A DNA stretch of 39,947 nucleotides from Chiloscyllium plagiosum (taxonomy: Eukaryota): contig NC_057719.1 in the NCBI RefSeq assembly GCF_004010195.1, positions 25,431,697 to 25,471,643 on the forward strand, given 5' to 3'. The position numbers and the translations under genes were made by a program. The notes below the pieces were generated by a model. The model was not told the DNA's origin. It ran no database searches and saw only the letters and a list, made by a program, of their open reading frames with translations. This document shows positions 21,945 to 33,429 of the stretch, one piece after another; the stretch's first letter is position 1; every line of letters starts with the position of its first letter.

Positions 21945-24392
21945 GCTTGAAAGAAGGTAGCTAGAAATGTAAAAACAGATAGCAAGATTTTCTGAAATTA
22001 CCTAAAAAGGAAAAGAGTGAGTAAAGTCAATGTTGATCTCCTAAAGTGTGAGGGTGCAGAGATACAGCAGATAGTGAAGAAATGGAGGATGTAATGAATA
22101 AATATTTTGGTTCTGTCTGCCACTTAGAGGATGCAAAGAATTCCCAGTAATACTTGTATATCAGCAGGTTGAAGGAAGAGACAAATGTGGTGAAGTTACA
22201 ATCGTAAGTGATATGGTACTGAGCAAACTGCTAGGGATGTGGGTTGATAAGTCTCTGAATCTTGATGAACTTCATGCTGGGGTCTCACAGGAGATGGATA
22301 AAAAGGTAATAGACATATTGGTGTTAATTTAGAAAAAAAAAGTTACATTCAGGAAAGGTTCTATTAGATTAGAACATCGCAAATATAACTTATCATTTCA
22401 TGAAGATGGGGAGGTAGGAAATAGGAAACAGAAAACTATAGGCCAGTTAACTTGATGTCTGTCATGGGGAAGATGTTAAAATCAATGTGTTTATAAGGTG
22501 GCATTTAGAAAAACCCAATGTAATCAGAAAAAGTCAACATGCTTTTGTGAAACAGAAATTGTGATTAACCAATAAAGAGATAAAGGGACGCCCATTGATG
22601 TACTGTAATTGGATTTCAGAAGATATTTGACAAGATCCACAAACAATAATACTGTGCAACATAGGAGCTCATGGTGTAGAGAGTAACATAGGAGATTAAC
22701 TGGTTGACAAAAAATTGAGTATGTATACAGAGGAACCTCGATTATCCGAACGAGATGGGCGGGCACTATTTTGTTTGGATAATTGATTATGTGGTTAATT
22801 GATTTCCTCTGGGGCTCGGAGTTTTCTGTGCAGTCTGCTCCCTGTTCAGGAGACTAGGCAGCAGCACACTGTGTGCGAGCCCCCGCCCACCACCTGCCCC
22901 TCCCCAACCCCGTTCATGCCCCCGTCCCCCAGCCGATACCCCACTGGGACTGGACACCAACAGTAAGACTGCTGCTGCCTTTGTGGAGTAAGTCTCCAAA
23001 TAGCACGTGCACGCACACACACACACAAACTTTTCACTGCAATGTTTTGACAGGTTCTACCTCTGCCCTGTATAGGACAATGTTGGAGAAATTATCTGGG
23101 TGGGAGGGGGATGTGGTTTAGGCTTCACCCTGTGTAGACCTCCAGGGAAAGTGTGAAGGAGATAGAGAGGGTGGGAGGTCAGTCATTTAGAGATGGTGCC
23201 TGGGCTGTCTAGGACTGTTCAGTGAGCTGAGTTCGTTTTTAATCATTGTACTTGTAAACAAAAGACGTGATCAGGATTGAAACAGCTCTGATGTAATGTT
23301 TCCAGCGGACCTTGAGGTCCCCTTTGGATAATCTGAAATTTGCATAATTGCTATTCGGATAATCGAGGTTCCTCTGTAAATGGTTCTTTTTCAGAATGGC
23401 AGATGCGACAAGTGGGGTTCCAAATGGTCTATTCTGGGCCCTCAAACGTTTGCAATTATATCAATAATTTAGATGGGGACATCAAAACCAGAACAACTAA
23501 ATTTGCAGATGACGCAAAAACAAGTTGGAAAGTATGTTGTAAGATGATATGGTGAGGGTGTAGACTGATATACGTAGGTTATGTGTGTGGCAAAATTCTG
23601 GCAATTGGAACACAATACAGGAAAATGTGAAGTTGTTCACTTTGGCAGAAAGGATTAAATAAAAGCAGTATATTATATAAATGGTGCCAATTGTATAATT
23701 CCATGATGCAGAGGAATCTAGGATTTCATGTGCAAGAGTCACACTAAGTTAGTGTGCAGCTGCAGCAAGTGAGTGGGTAGGCTGATGAAATACAATCCTT
23801 AATTACAAGAGGATATTATACCCCAGTTACATCGAGCACTGGTGAGATCATATCTCAAATGATGAGTACAGCTAACATTCTTCCTTACATAAGGAGATGA
23901 AAGGAGCTGGAGACAGGTCACAGTAGGTTTACTAGTTTGATACCTGGAATGAGTGGGTTGTCTTATGAGGAAAGGTTGGACAGGCTGGGCGTATTTCCAC
24001 TAGACTGCTGAAGAGTGAAGGATGATTTAATTGAAGTTTACAAGATGCTGAATAATCTTGTCAAGGTGGACATGGAAATGAAGTTTCCTTGGATGGATGA
24101 ATTCAGGAGTAGGAGACACTGTTTTAAAATTATGGTCACCCTTTTAGGATAGAGATGAGGGGATTTTTTTTATATATCCGTGGGTTGTACAACTTTGGGA
24201 CTGTCTGCCACAGAAAGCAGTAAAGGTGACATCACTGAATATATTTATATATTTGGAGGTGGATTATTTCTTACCAGGCAGGAATGGGAATTTGGAACTC
24301 AGAACAAAAGCAGATCAGCTATCATCTTATTAAATGGTGGGCCTGATTTGAAGGGCCAAATGGTCTATTTCGGTTCCAAATTCATATGTTCT
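21945..24392 (+). mobile_element. Old degenerate CR1 LINE split by a MITE
   Basis: aactataggccagttaacttgatgtct (NYRPVxL), ggatttcagaagatatttgacaag (DFQKxFDK), SGVPNG, YINNLDGDI..KFADDAK and a 3' end near gggccaaatggtctatttc. Confidence 0.8.
22728..23376. mobile_element. pogo/Tigger-like (Tc1/mariner) non-autonomous MITE, 649 bp
   Basis: Perfect 23-bp TIRs CAGAGGAACCTCGATTATCCGAA (22728-22750 and 23354-23376) flanked by TA (22726-22727, 23377-23378); the host CR1 rejoins across the site. Confidence 0.92.
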
Positions 24393-24404
24393 TGTGTGGC
24401 ATGA

Positions 24405-24810
24405 ATGTTATTTGTCATTTGAAAGCACAGGCCTGGATATTGTCCAGGTCTTGCTACATTTTGGACATGGATTGCTTCAGTATCTGAGGAATCATGAATG
24501 GTGCTAAACATTGTACAATCATGGGTGAACATCCCTACTTCTGAACTTATGATGAATGGAAGGTCATTGATGAAGCAAATGAAGGTGATTGAGTCAAGGA
24601 ACTACCCTGAGGAACTATTAGGGCTTTTGTGGTGCAGTGGCAATGTTCCAACCTCTGAGCTGGTGTTCAAGGTTGCAGGTTTAAGTCCTACTTGCTCTAG
24701 AGTGGTTTAATAACATCTCCGAACAGGTTGACTAGAAAATATTTACCCTGAGGAACTCCTGCAGTGATGTCCTGGAGCTGAGACAAGTGAGTTACTTGTA
24801 AATCACCAGC
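24405..24810 (-). mobile_element. RT-core fragment of a CR1/L2-group LINE, interrupted by a SINE
   Basis: Minus strand reads QDITAGVPQG, then FINDLPFIISSEVGMFTHDCTMFSTI after removing the insert. Confidence 0.75.
24617..24743 (+). mobile_element. 127-bp tRNA-derived SINE with a perfect 14-bp target-site duplication
   Basis: TACCCTGAGGAACT at 24603-24616 and 24744-24757; A box tggtgcagtgg and B-box-like ggtttaagtcc. Confidence 0.88.
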
Positions 24811-26497
24811 TTTGGTAAACATAAAGACTGAGAATAAATTGGGTAACATTAGCTCATCCAACCATTGCAAATTCTTCAAACTTTAATTTCCATTCATTTT
24901 GGTGGAAAGACAAATGATGGATGGTTGATTTAATATTGCCCGACTTACAGTGTTGGTCCATAGTCAAATTTACCTTCAAGGTATTGTTAAATATTACCAT
25001 AATTTCAAACGCTCTGAGAATCTGTTGTTTGAACCAGTTGTGTGACACCAAAAAGTGTTCCAAAGCTCTTATGAACTGTAAAAAAAAAGTTATGTGATCT
25101 AGTCTTATGAGTATTATTTTCTAATGTTATGGATTTCTAGAAGAAATAGTGCCTTTAAAGCTACATTTCAGATACAATCTTACTAGGTTTGGCATCATGG
25201 TAAAAACAAAAGGTCTTTCTGGTAATATTTCTCTGGAGTTTGAACAGAAGTCTTTTTTAATGGAACAACAGATTACACATATTGCTGTGACCCTAGTGTT
25301 CAGACTAGAGGATTTTGGCATGTATTTTCTCTTTTGTGTATCAAAAAGCAATGTTCTTTGTATTGTTGATGTCAGATTCTCTCTCTTTATGCCTGTAACT
25401 ATGGGACTCAATGTTCTGAGTGAGAATAAAGATTGGATTGTTATAGCCCCATGCAGCTAATACTGACATGTCTGAATTTTAGTTGCTTAGCAGCTTGAAA
25501 TCCCTTTTCTCTTCATCTTTATGTTTTTTATATTGACAACAGATGTTAAAAATGAGATAAGTGGACTCCAGAGAGAGTAATATTCAAGAATTGAACAGCC
25601 TGCTGATTTCTCAAAACAATAGGGTCCTAAGCATATTGCAGCAGGATTGTATATTGATCAGTAGTCCATTGAGGAAACTAAACGTAAATTATTATAATGT
25701 CAGGCACTTAAAGCAATCTATGTATTTCTGTTCAGTATTTTCTTTGTTACTTTCTCATGCATCACAGTAAGTTGCAAATAAATATAATTTCCCTTAGAAC
25801 GAATAACCAATATCTAGCATTGAATAAAAGGTTGTAATTCCACCTTGAGTTTCTGTTGCTGATCATGAACCGCTAAACTTGGGCCGCTTGAACATTTGAA
25901 CTGTCTGCAGCTCACTGTCAGTCACAATATATGGATCAATGTTGACCTCAACTAAATCTTCATATTTTCCGTGCACCAATTGTATACAATTCTTGCTTTC
26001 AAGGGCTAATCCTTTCTAGAAATAATATTCATAGGATTCCAGTATTGCAGGTGTCTACTTAGCAGCTGAGTAGACTGGAGCTCACTTAAGGCAAGACTCT
26101 TGCTTAGGGATTAGTTGTGTAGGCTGTGAACTAACTTGAACTAGTGGTCTCTCAGCTGAAAGCCTAACCACTTGTAACAAATGAGCTCTGCACATAATTG
26201 TTTAAAAGTGTAAACAAGATTCCTGTTACGTACATTTTGTACAGTACAGGTCAGATGATGAATAATTAAGATATGACTCTCCAAGATCTTTTATGTAAAA
26301 AGTGCCAACATAATATAATTTATGTTGTCATAATGACAGCTGTTAATTTTAAATATGGAGATGATGCCAAGGAAATTACATCATGAACACTCTTGAAAAA
26401 TAAGCCCAATTTTGCGATTCTGGAAATACTGGTCTGTGAATAGCTGACCACGATATGAGCACAATTGTGTCAACACCATGGATGGGCAGGCCACACA

Positions 26498-26690
26498 CGA
26501 GAATAGGAGTAGGCCATTCAGCCCATTAAGTCTGCCCTGCTATTCATATGATCATAGTTGATCAAACACTTTAATATCTCATATCCTCTCTGTCCCCATA
26601 ACCTGGTATGCCAGGAAACTATCAATCTCTACCTTAACCTTACTGAACTTCCACAGAATTCCAAAGGTTCTCATTCCTCTGAGTAAAACA
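26498..26690 (-). mobile_element. Decayed CR1 3' fragment
   Basis: ggagtaggccattcagccca is the reverse complement of the CR1 3' stem region; colinear with 32800-33015 reversed. Confidence 0.7.
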
Positions 26691-27039
26691 AACGATTAAT
26701 TTTGTTCTGGGTGTCTTGCTGTCTGATTTAATATGCTACAAATTCAGCAGATCCTGTGGTATTCTTAACCAGAGAGACCTAACTCCAACATTGAAGGAGC
26801 TCTTAAAGGCATGCACATTGCCATCAAAGTGGAAGCTATTTCAGTGTGTGAAGATGCCCAGGCAGCTGCTGCAGTTGATGCCAAAGAGTTGGAGGTCTCA
26901 CAGCATATAATGCAACAAATGATGGTGCCTGTAGTTAAGACTGAAAGTCTCTAGGCCGCCCTTCATTACATGCACAGGTAGCAAGTGCATGGAGTGAGGT
27001 CATCACCAATGCAAACATTTAACTCCCTTATATTTGCTT

Positions 27040-27308
27040 TGGGTGAAGGTCTACATGTTCTCCTGTGTCTGTGTGGGTTTCCTCTCACAGCCCAAAGATG
27101 TGCAGTTAAGGTGGATTGGGCATGCTAAAAATTGCCCTGTAGTGTCCGGGGATGTTCAGGTTAGGTGAGATAGCTGTGATTAAAAGCCCTATGTGGGGTT
27201 ATGGGGATGGAGTGGATCCACATGGGATGCTGTTCAGAGGGTCGGTGCAGACTTGATGTACGGAAGGGACTATTTCTGAACTATAAGGGTTCTACAATTC
27301 TATGATTC
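27040..27308 (+). mobile_element. 5'-truncated, decayed HE1-type V-SINE
   Basis: gtgtctgtgtgggtttcctc...ccaaagatgtgcagttaaggtggattgggcatgctaaaaattgccc...gagggtcggtgcagacttgatg; homologous to 19229-19537. Confidence 0.8.
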
Positions 27309-27619
27309 GGCTACAAATGAATAGAAGATGGATAAAAGTGAGTGCCTCTCACTTTAGCACATTCTTCTTTGTATGATACATTTTAGAGACTGCTGCCCAT
27401 CTGGGTAATACTATGTGAAATATTTTCCAAGGACATGTGAAAGGTTTTCTGTTTGAGAACTGATAAAAAACATAAAAGGAAGATTTGTTACTACAATGAT
27501 GGCACTCGTACTTAAATCCATTTTCGTATCTAGAATGATTTCACATGAAAAGTATTGATGAATGTTTCTGGAAAGCATCAGATACACCTGTCGGAACAAT
27601 GTTGAAGCTATTGAGAAGT

Positions 27620-28062
27620 TAGTCATAGCTTGCTGATAGGCCTTCGAATTCTAAGAAAGAGGGTTCTGGGTTTAAGCCCCATATTGGACCACATAATAAA
27701 GCAATACCGATGCCATAGTCACAGACTGTGACACTGCCAGATATGTGGCCTTTCAGATGAGAATTTAAACTGAAGCCCTGTTTCTCCCTTGAAGTGGATA
27801 ATAACAACATGACTCTCCTCCAAGAGGGTTAGGGGAAATATACCATTGTCCTGGCTAAGAGAAAGTGAGGACAGCAGATGCTGGAGATCAGAGTTGAGAG
27901 TGTAATGCTGGGAAAGCACAGCAGGTCATGGCAGCATCCAAGGAGCAGCGGAATCGTTGATTTTCCTGCTCCAAAGATGCTGCCTGACCTGCTGTGCTAT
28001 TCCAGCATTACACTCTCGACATTTTCCTGGCTAACACATGACATTCAACCAACACCAGCAAA
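27620..28062 (+). mobile_element. Old Deu-domain (SacSINE1/AmnSINE-like) SINE interrupted by a palindromic insert
   Basis: B-box-like gggtttaagcccc; ctttcagatgagaatttaaactgaagccctg and tgtcctggctaa...tcaaccaacacc resemble the Deu domain (recognised from memory). Confidence 0.55.
27859..28020. mobile_element. 162-bp palindromic mini-element made only of the Penelope-like terminal repeat, with a 14-bp TSD
   Basis: Arms match 12415-12514 and 13153-13216; ATTGTCCTGGCTAA at 27845-27858 and ATTTTCCTGGCTAA at 28021-28034. Confidence 0.85.
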
Positions 28063-28921
28063 TCATGAAATAAAAGACAAAAATGTAGAATAAAATCAAC
28101 AAGTTGGGCAGCACGTACGCAGAGAGAGAGAGAAAATGCTTCAGGTCTGAAGAAGATAGCAATGAGTAAGCAAGAAACCTATGCTTGCTTGAATGACTTT
28201 GTTTCTACAAACAGTACTTACTTGTGAATTTGATCCTTGAACATAGGAATGGAGGAAATCCAAGGGACCACATTATTTGGAATCAATTTTATTAGTTGGA
28301 GTTGGTGGAAAGGCAAAACTCAAGTGTGACCAGTTATTAGTGATGGTTGAAGGTTTTGGTGATGATTGGATCAGTATCTGATTCAATGTATGTACATAAA
28401 GGGAAAATATTACAGAAACAAATTGGCTAATGACAGCATAAGGTGAGCTGAGCTGATCTATTTTCTTAAGCTTTCCTGTTGGTATGCTTCTTGACCTTTA
28501 TGAACTGTTATAAAATGCCAGGATGACAATGCAGCAGTTCTTTGGTCTTGGGCACAAACAACACTATGCTCATTATAACATTGTGGAAAATGGATAGCAA
28601 AGTCACATTTCTGTAAGTTCAAAAACACATGCTGTATCCAACAACTGGGAACTAAAACCCTGAGGTAACTGCAAATGATAACTGCTTCTGATTATGAAGT
28701 ATGTATCTCTAGCCTGCCTAGTACAATTAGCGTACATGTTGAACTTTTGCTTCTTAATGGGACATAAATAACTGTCAAAATAATGGCAAGCCTAATGGTG
28801 CTCACTGACATTTATTTGGAATGATTACAAGGGTTTGAGAATAGAGTAAAACGCATGGTTAGTTATTTAAAAAAGTTCTTGTCTCCATCTCAGTCCATGA
28901 TGAGTATTCATTAACTTCTCT

Positions 28922-29120
28922 AAAGTTAAAAATCACACAACACCAGGTTATAGTCCAACAGGTTTATTTGGAAGCACTAGCTTTCAGAGCGCTGTTCCTT
29001 CAAGTGATGAAGGAGCAGCACTCAAAAAGCTAGTGCTTCCAAATAAACCTGTTGGACTATAACCTGGTGTTGTGTGATTTTTAACTTTGTACGCCTCAGT
29101 CCAACACCAGCAACTCTACA
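28922..29120. mobile_element. Near-perfect 167-bp palindrome plus ~32-bp unpaired extension; second Penelope-like terminal-repeat family
   Basis: 28922-29002 is the reverse complement of 29008-29088; the centre has hammerhead-like tgatgaaggagc...aaagcta; TCATTAACTT occurs at 28908-28917 and 29121-29130. Confidence 0.8.
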
Positions 29121-29899
29121 TCATTAACTTTTTACGTACTGAAAAATAACTCTTCCAAAATTGTGTTTTCTGTCTCTCTCTTTTAATCCAATCTTTATTA
29201 AAACATTATCTTCATTCCTTTTTCAATAATGGATTTGTGATTGAACCCACTGTCACCTCTCCTCAGTCTTTGCGGTTAGCTTCAATCTGATTGATTAAAG
29301 AGATTCAGACGTGAGATGTTGAACTCCCTCAGTTCAAGGTTACCATATAAAATGGACCATGACTCAATGAGGGAAAAATCAAGAGGTGGGTGTTGTTTGT
29401 TACCCTGCTACACCGGCAGGATTGGACATATCCCTTCATGTTTTGCGACATGGTAATCCTGTGCATACTCCATCTGCTGGTGCCCTCCTACTCATTTTGC
29501 ACAAAGGATCCCAGCCCATCACCCTGAAGGGAAGACGAAAAGAGGTGTTGGAGAGATGGGTTTCTGTGTCCGGATTCTCCATGCTCCATAACATTGGTTA
29601 GGCACCATCTAAAAGGAAATGACCAGTACTGAAAGTTTTTGACACAATTTCCATGCTACAAAGTGAATGGAATTTTAATTTTAAAAAATCAAAAGAAGAA
29701 AATTCCTTCAATTTTTTTTGTTGTCTGGGGAAAGCTTTGCTTTCAAATAACATTGTTTCTATTGAATGAATGACTAATTAATTTGACCTGAGCTAGAGAT
29801 TTGCTGAAATTATACCAATGACAAGATAAACCATTCATGGCTATATTTGAGGCATCTGTCTGACAAAATGCATTACTTACACTTCTTATTTCAGTCTTG

Positions 29900-30255
29900 C
29901 TGGTCTTGAGTGAAGATGTCCCGGTCCAGCAGGATGTGGGTGTTCTCATGGTGTTGATATACCCTTGCTGCTGTTAGGTGGTGTGCTCCACAATTTTGAC
30001 TCAGTGATTCTGAAGGAACAGTGGCATAGTTCCAAGTAAGGGTGGTATGTGACTTTGAGGGTGGGTGGTGCTCCCATGTATTTGCTGCCATGTCTTTCTA
30101 GGTGGTGGAGGCCACCGGTGTCTGGGAGATGCAGTTGAAGAAACCTTGATGAGTTGTGGCAATGCATCTTGCTTTGTTGGAGTTGCAGTCATCCACGTAA
30201 GTGGAGAGTATTCCACCACAATCTAGGAATGGAGAGGCTCTGGGGAGTCAGCATT
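29900..30255 (-). mobile_element. Decayed fragment of the LINE family at 4985-5331
   Basis: gaaggaacagtggcatagttccaagtaagggtggt is the reverse complement of the accatcctgacttggaatatatcgctgttcct block. Confidence 0.65.
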
Positions 30256-31511
30256 TGAAGAACACCCAACCCCAACACACATCACCATAATAAACCTTGT
30301 AATTAACTAGTACCCTGTCTGCTATTAGTTGACTCAAAAATTAAAACAATCACAGATCTGAAGTGCAAACCTTATTGCATCTCAGTGAAATCTCTAAGTA
30401 TGTCTGAGTATCTGTAGGGGACAACACTTTGTTTTGGATTTTATAAAGTGCTACAGTTCCTGCCCATCCCCTACCTCCCCAGCCAAAATATTGCCTGCAC
30501 ATGATCCAGATGGCAGTCCCACAGCAATGTAATACTAGAGCAATTTATTGGATTCATGGTGGGAGGTTTTGGTTTTAAGAAGCTAGATGTACAGTTCACT
30601 GTGAAGGAGGTGAGGATACCTCTGATAGGCCCCAGGCATCTAACTAGAACTCCAATTTGCTCCTTACTGGCAGCTAAAGTTGCCTTGCTTCCCACATGGC
30701 ATCGGCTACCCCCCGGAGTTGGTAAAGCACTGGCATTAGCAGTGGGATGATGTTCTTAAGTAGACACTAACTGGGCAGGCAAGAGGAAACCGACTGCATT
30801 TAACATGACCTTGCCTTCAAACTCTGCAGTTAAGAGAGGATAGAAACTAGCACATTACATCCATGTACAACAGAAACGTAGTATAATTAATTATTTGTTG
30901 CAGTGTGTTTGGTTTCTCTCAAGATTTAACTGGTCACTAACTTTTTTAATCATGAAAGATAGAAGCTAAAAGGTCTTTGAGCAACAGAACTGAGCAATCC
31001 TCACCTTGTTCATTGACAAAGAGTTAGAGCTGGCTTTGCTCGACAAATGAAATATTGATGGTCTTGTTGTTCTTTCTTTAAACAGAATGGCATGTGAGAA
31101 CATCTATCCGATTGCTCAGGTTAAAAGAAGGTCAGAGCAAATAATAGAAGAGCACAAATACCTGACTTTTGTCACTTAATCTTCTCAGAGTTCAATGCTT
31201 CTCCTGTATTACATACAATTACATTGCAATAAAGGGCACAAGAAATGTTCCATAAAGGAACATGTACAAAAGAGAAAGGAAACCAAGTCAGGACTATTCA
31301 CTGAAATTCAATCATTGGATTTTGGACAAACCTGTTCAAATAAATACGTTAAATGAGACCTGAATAAATATTCCAGGCTTTTGTAACTTCCTTATGCACA
31401 CCAAAGATTGTAACATCATTATGTCAACCTATCGTGCTGGGCATGTATTCACAGAGATGCACAATATAGCGGCTGGTTAATAGAGTCTGCTGACATTTGT
31501 GAGAAGAATCG

Positions 31512-31536
31512 CTCCTATGTCTTATGGTCTTATGGT
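31512..31536 (+). mobile_element. Isolated 25-bp CR1 tail (extremely 5'-truncated insertion)
   Basis: ctcctatgtcttatggtcttatggt is identical to 9252-9276. Confidence 0.65.
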
Positions 31537-32544
31537 TACTATGTTCTGTGACACCACTAATACATTTGAAAAGAACAAGTTTATAGTTTAGCTGCACAAT
31601 AGCAACACAGTGATCTTTACTCCACTTCTCTCTCTGATCTCCCTATGCACCCTGGTTGCCGGTTTAGTTACAAATTTTCTATTAATGATGTTAAAGTTGA
31701 AAGCTTGTAAAAGACAATGGAATAAATCATAAATAATATAACAGAATGTACTCAATGGAAAAAAAAGGTCCATTTACTCTTCCTTTCTTATGCACTAAAC
31801 TTGGTCACAATAAAAATGTCAATTTGTGCCTGTGTATTACATGTAACTCTTTAGTACTAATTAAACAAAAGGAGACCGCTGTCTTCAACAAATAATGAAA
31901 ACTAGTAACATTGTAGTTTACAAAATGTAAGGGAAATGCACCGCATCCTACGTCAAAGCCAAAATTCTTTCCATATTTTGTCATGTTCCTTTGAAAATTG
32001 TAACTGGGCCAAAGTTTGTTGAGATTAGCATAGAGCTTCATCACTAGTGAAGGAATTTCATTTGTTTTTGTCTTGGGGTCTGAATTTTAAGCAGGGAACA
32101 TTGTTATCTCAGAATAGCTGCTAGTTGAGGCATGTGTCATTTTAAACTGCTGTTGGATTTTCAGAGACAAATCATGAGTGTCATGAATGTATAATATTAA
32201 CCATTGGGCCTTAAAAACATATTGTTGGTGCCTGGGAAATTGGACAGTCAATGGCTTCCTCCTGCTTTCTGCTGGAAAGTGGGAGTCTGCTGCAGTGGAG
32301 ACCTAAATCTTTTTGGCGTAGCCTATGGAAGATTCTTCCTCCTTCTGGATCCACAAAGGACAGTTTAGAAAAATCCTATGTCCTTTCACACCAGGTTGCA
32401 AAGTAATAATGACTTCCTGCTCAAATTAATCTGTGGAAAACCCGAGGGCCTCAGATTTTGCACAAATGATAATAGTGAGATTAATAGTGAATTAAATCAG
32501 TGAGCAGCATAGCTCCTGTATGCACACATCGGTACAGAAATCCA

Positions 32545-33030
32545 GAAGCTGTCAAGGGTGATTCCAGGACTGAATGGCAGGACTGACAGACGAAGAGAGA
32601 CTGGATCAGTTAGGACTACGTTCATGAGTCCAGAATGATGAGAGGTGGTCTCCTAGAAACTATAAAATTCCAATAGGATTGGACAGAGTAAATGCAGAAA
32701 GGATATTCCCAAAGACCGGGAAGTTCAAAACCAGCTGTCACAGTCTAAAAATATGAGGTAGGCCTTTTAGGACTGAGATGAGGAGAAATTTCTTCACACA
32801 GAGAGTGGTGAGCCTGTGGAATTCTTTGTCACAGAATGCAGTTGAGGCCAATACATTGAATGTTTTCAAGAAGGACTTGGATACAGTTCTTAGGGCTAAA
32901 GGGATCAAAGACTATGGGGAAATGATGAGCACAGGGTACTGAGTTAGATGATCAGTGTTGATCATATTGCATGGTGAAGCAGGTTCAAAGAGCTGAATGG
33001 CCTTATCCTGCTCCTCGTTTCAATGTCCCC
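32545..33030 (+). mobile_element. CR1 3' fragment
   Basis: aggactgagatgaggagaaatttcttcacacagagagtggtgagcctgtggaattc (RTEMRRNFFTQRVVSLWNS) and gctgaatggccttatcctgctcct. Confidence 0.85.
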
Positions 33031-33429
33031 ATGCTTCTCAACATGCTGCAGTTTAATACTTGTCATTGATAGACTTAGCACTGAAATTTATGCAGTGGCA
33101 TGAATCAGGATGGGGAGAGGGTTGGGAGGGGGCAGACTTAATAGTTTGCCATTAAAGAAGTCAAAATGTTCGAGCTGGTACATGCAAAGTACATGAACTT
33201 TTAATGCGATCTGAAATGTTAATTACCTTTAACTTACTGGTTTAAACATAGCATGGCTCAGCGAGGAATCTTCAACCTGATTGTGAGCATCAATGTGTCT
33301 AGACCTGCTCAAAGGTATCACAGAGACCCTGAGGAGGGTGCCACTAAGGATGAGACACTAGTTTAAAGCAAGTCCCCACTTCAAAGCAAAAGAACACATT
33401 CTGTGCAGTTCAGAATCCAAGTGTTCCAA

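Noticed and set aside
22787..23121. Overlapping Gly/Pro-rich ORFs
   Set aside because: Low-complexity interior of the MITE with no transposase motifs.
24854..25460. Several 70-100 aa AT-rich ORFs (likewise 35288-35703 and 37919-38616)
   Set aside because: No recognisable domains; lengths are compatible with chance and many use non-ATG starts.
28922..29088. miRNA precursor or terminator hairpin
   Set aside because: A flanking duplication and hammerhead-like centre indicate a mobile repeat; nothing in the sequence supports miRNA processing.
30440..30830. Possible decayed DNA-transposon remnant (similar impression at 5520-5890)
   Set aside because: No TIRs, TSD or coding motif could be demonstrated.
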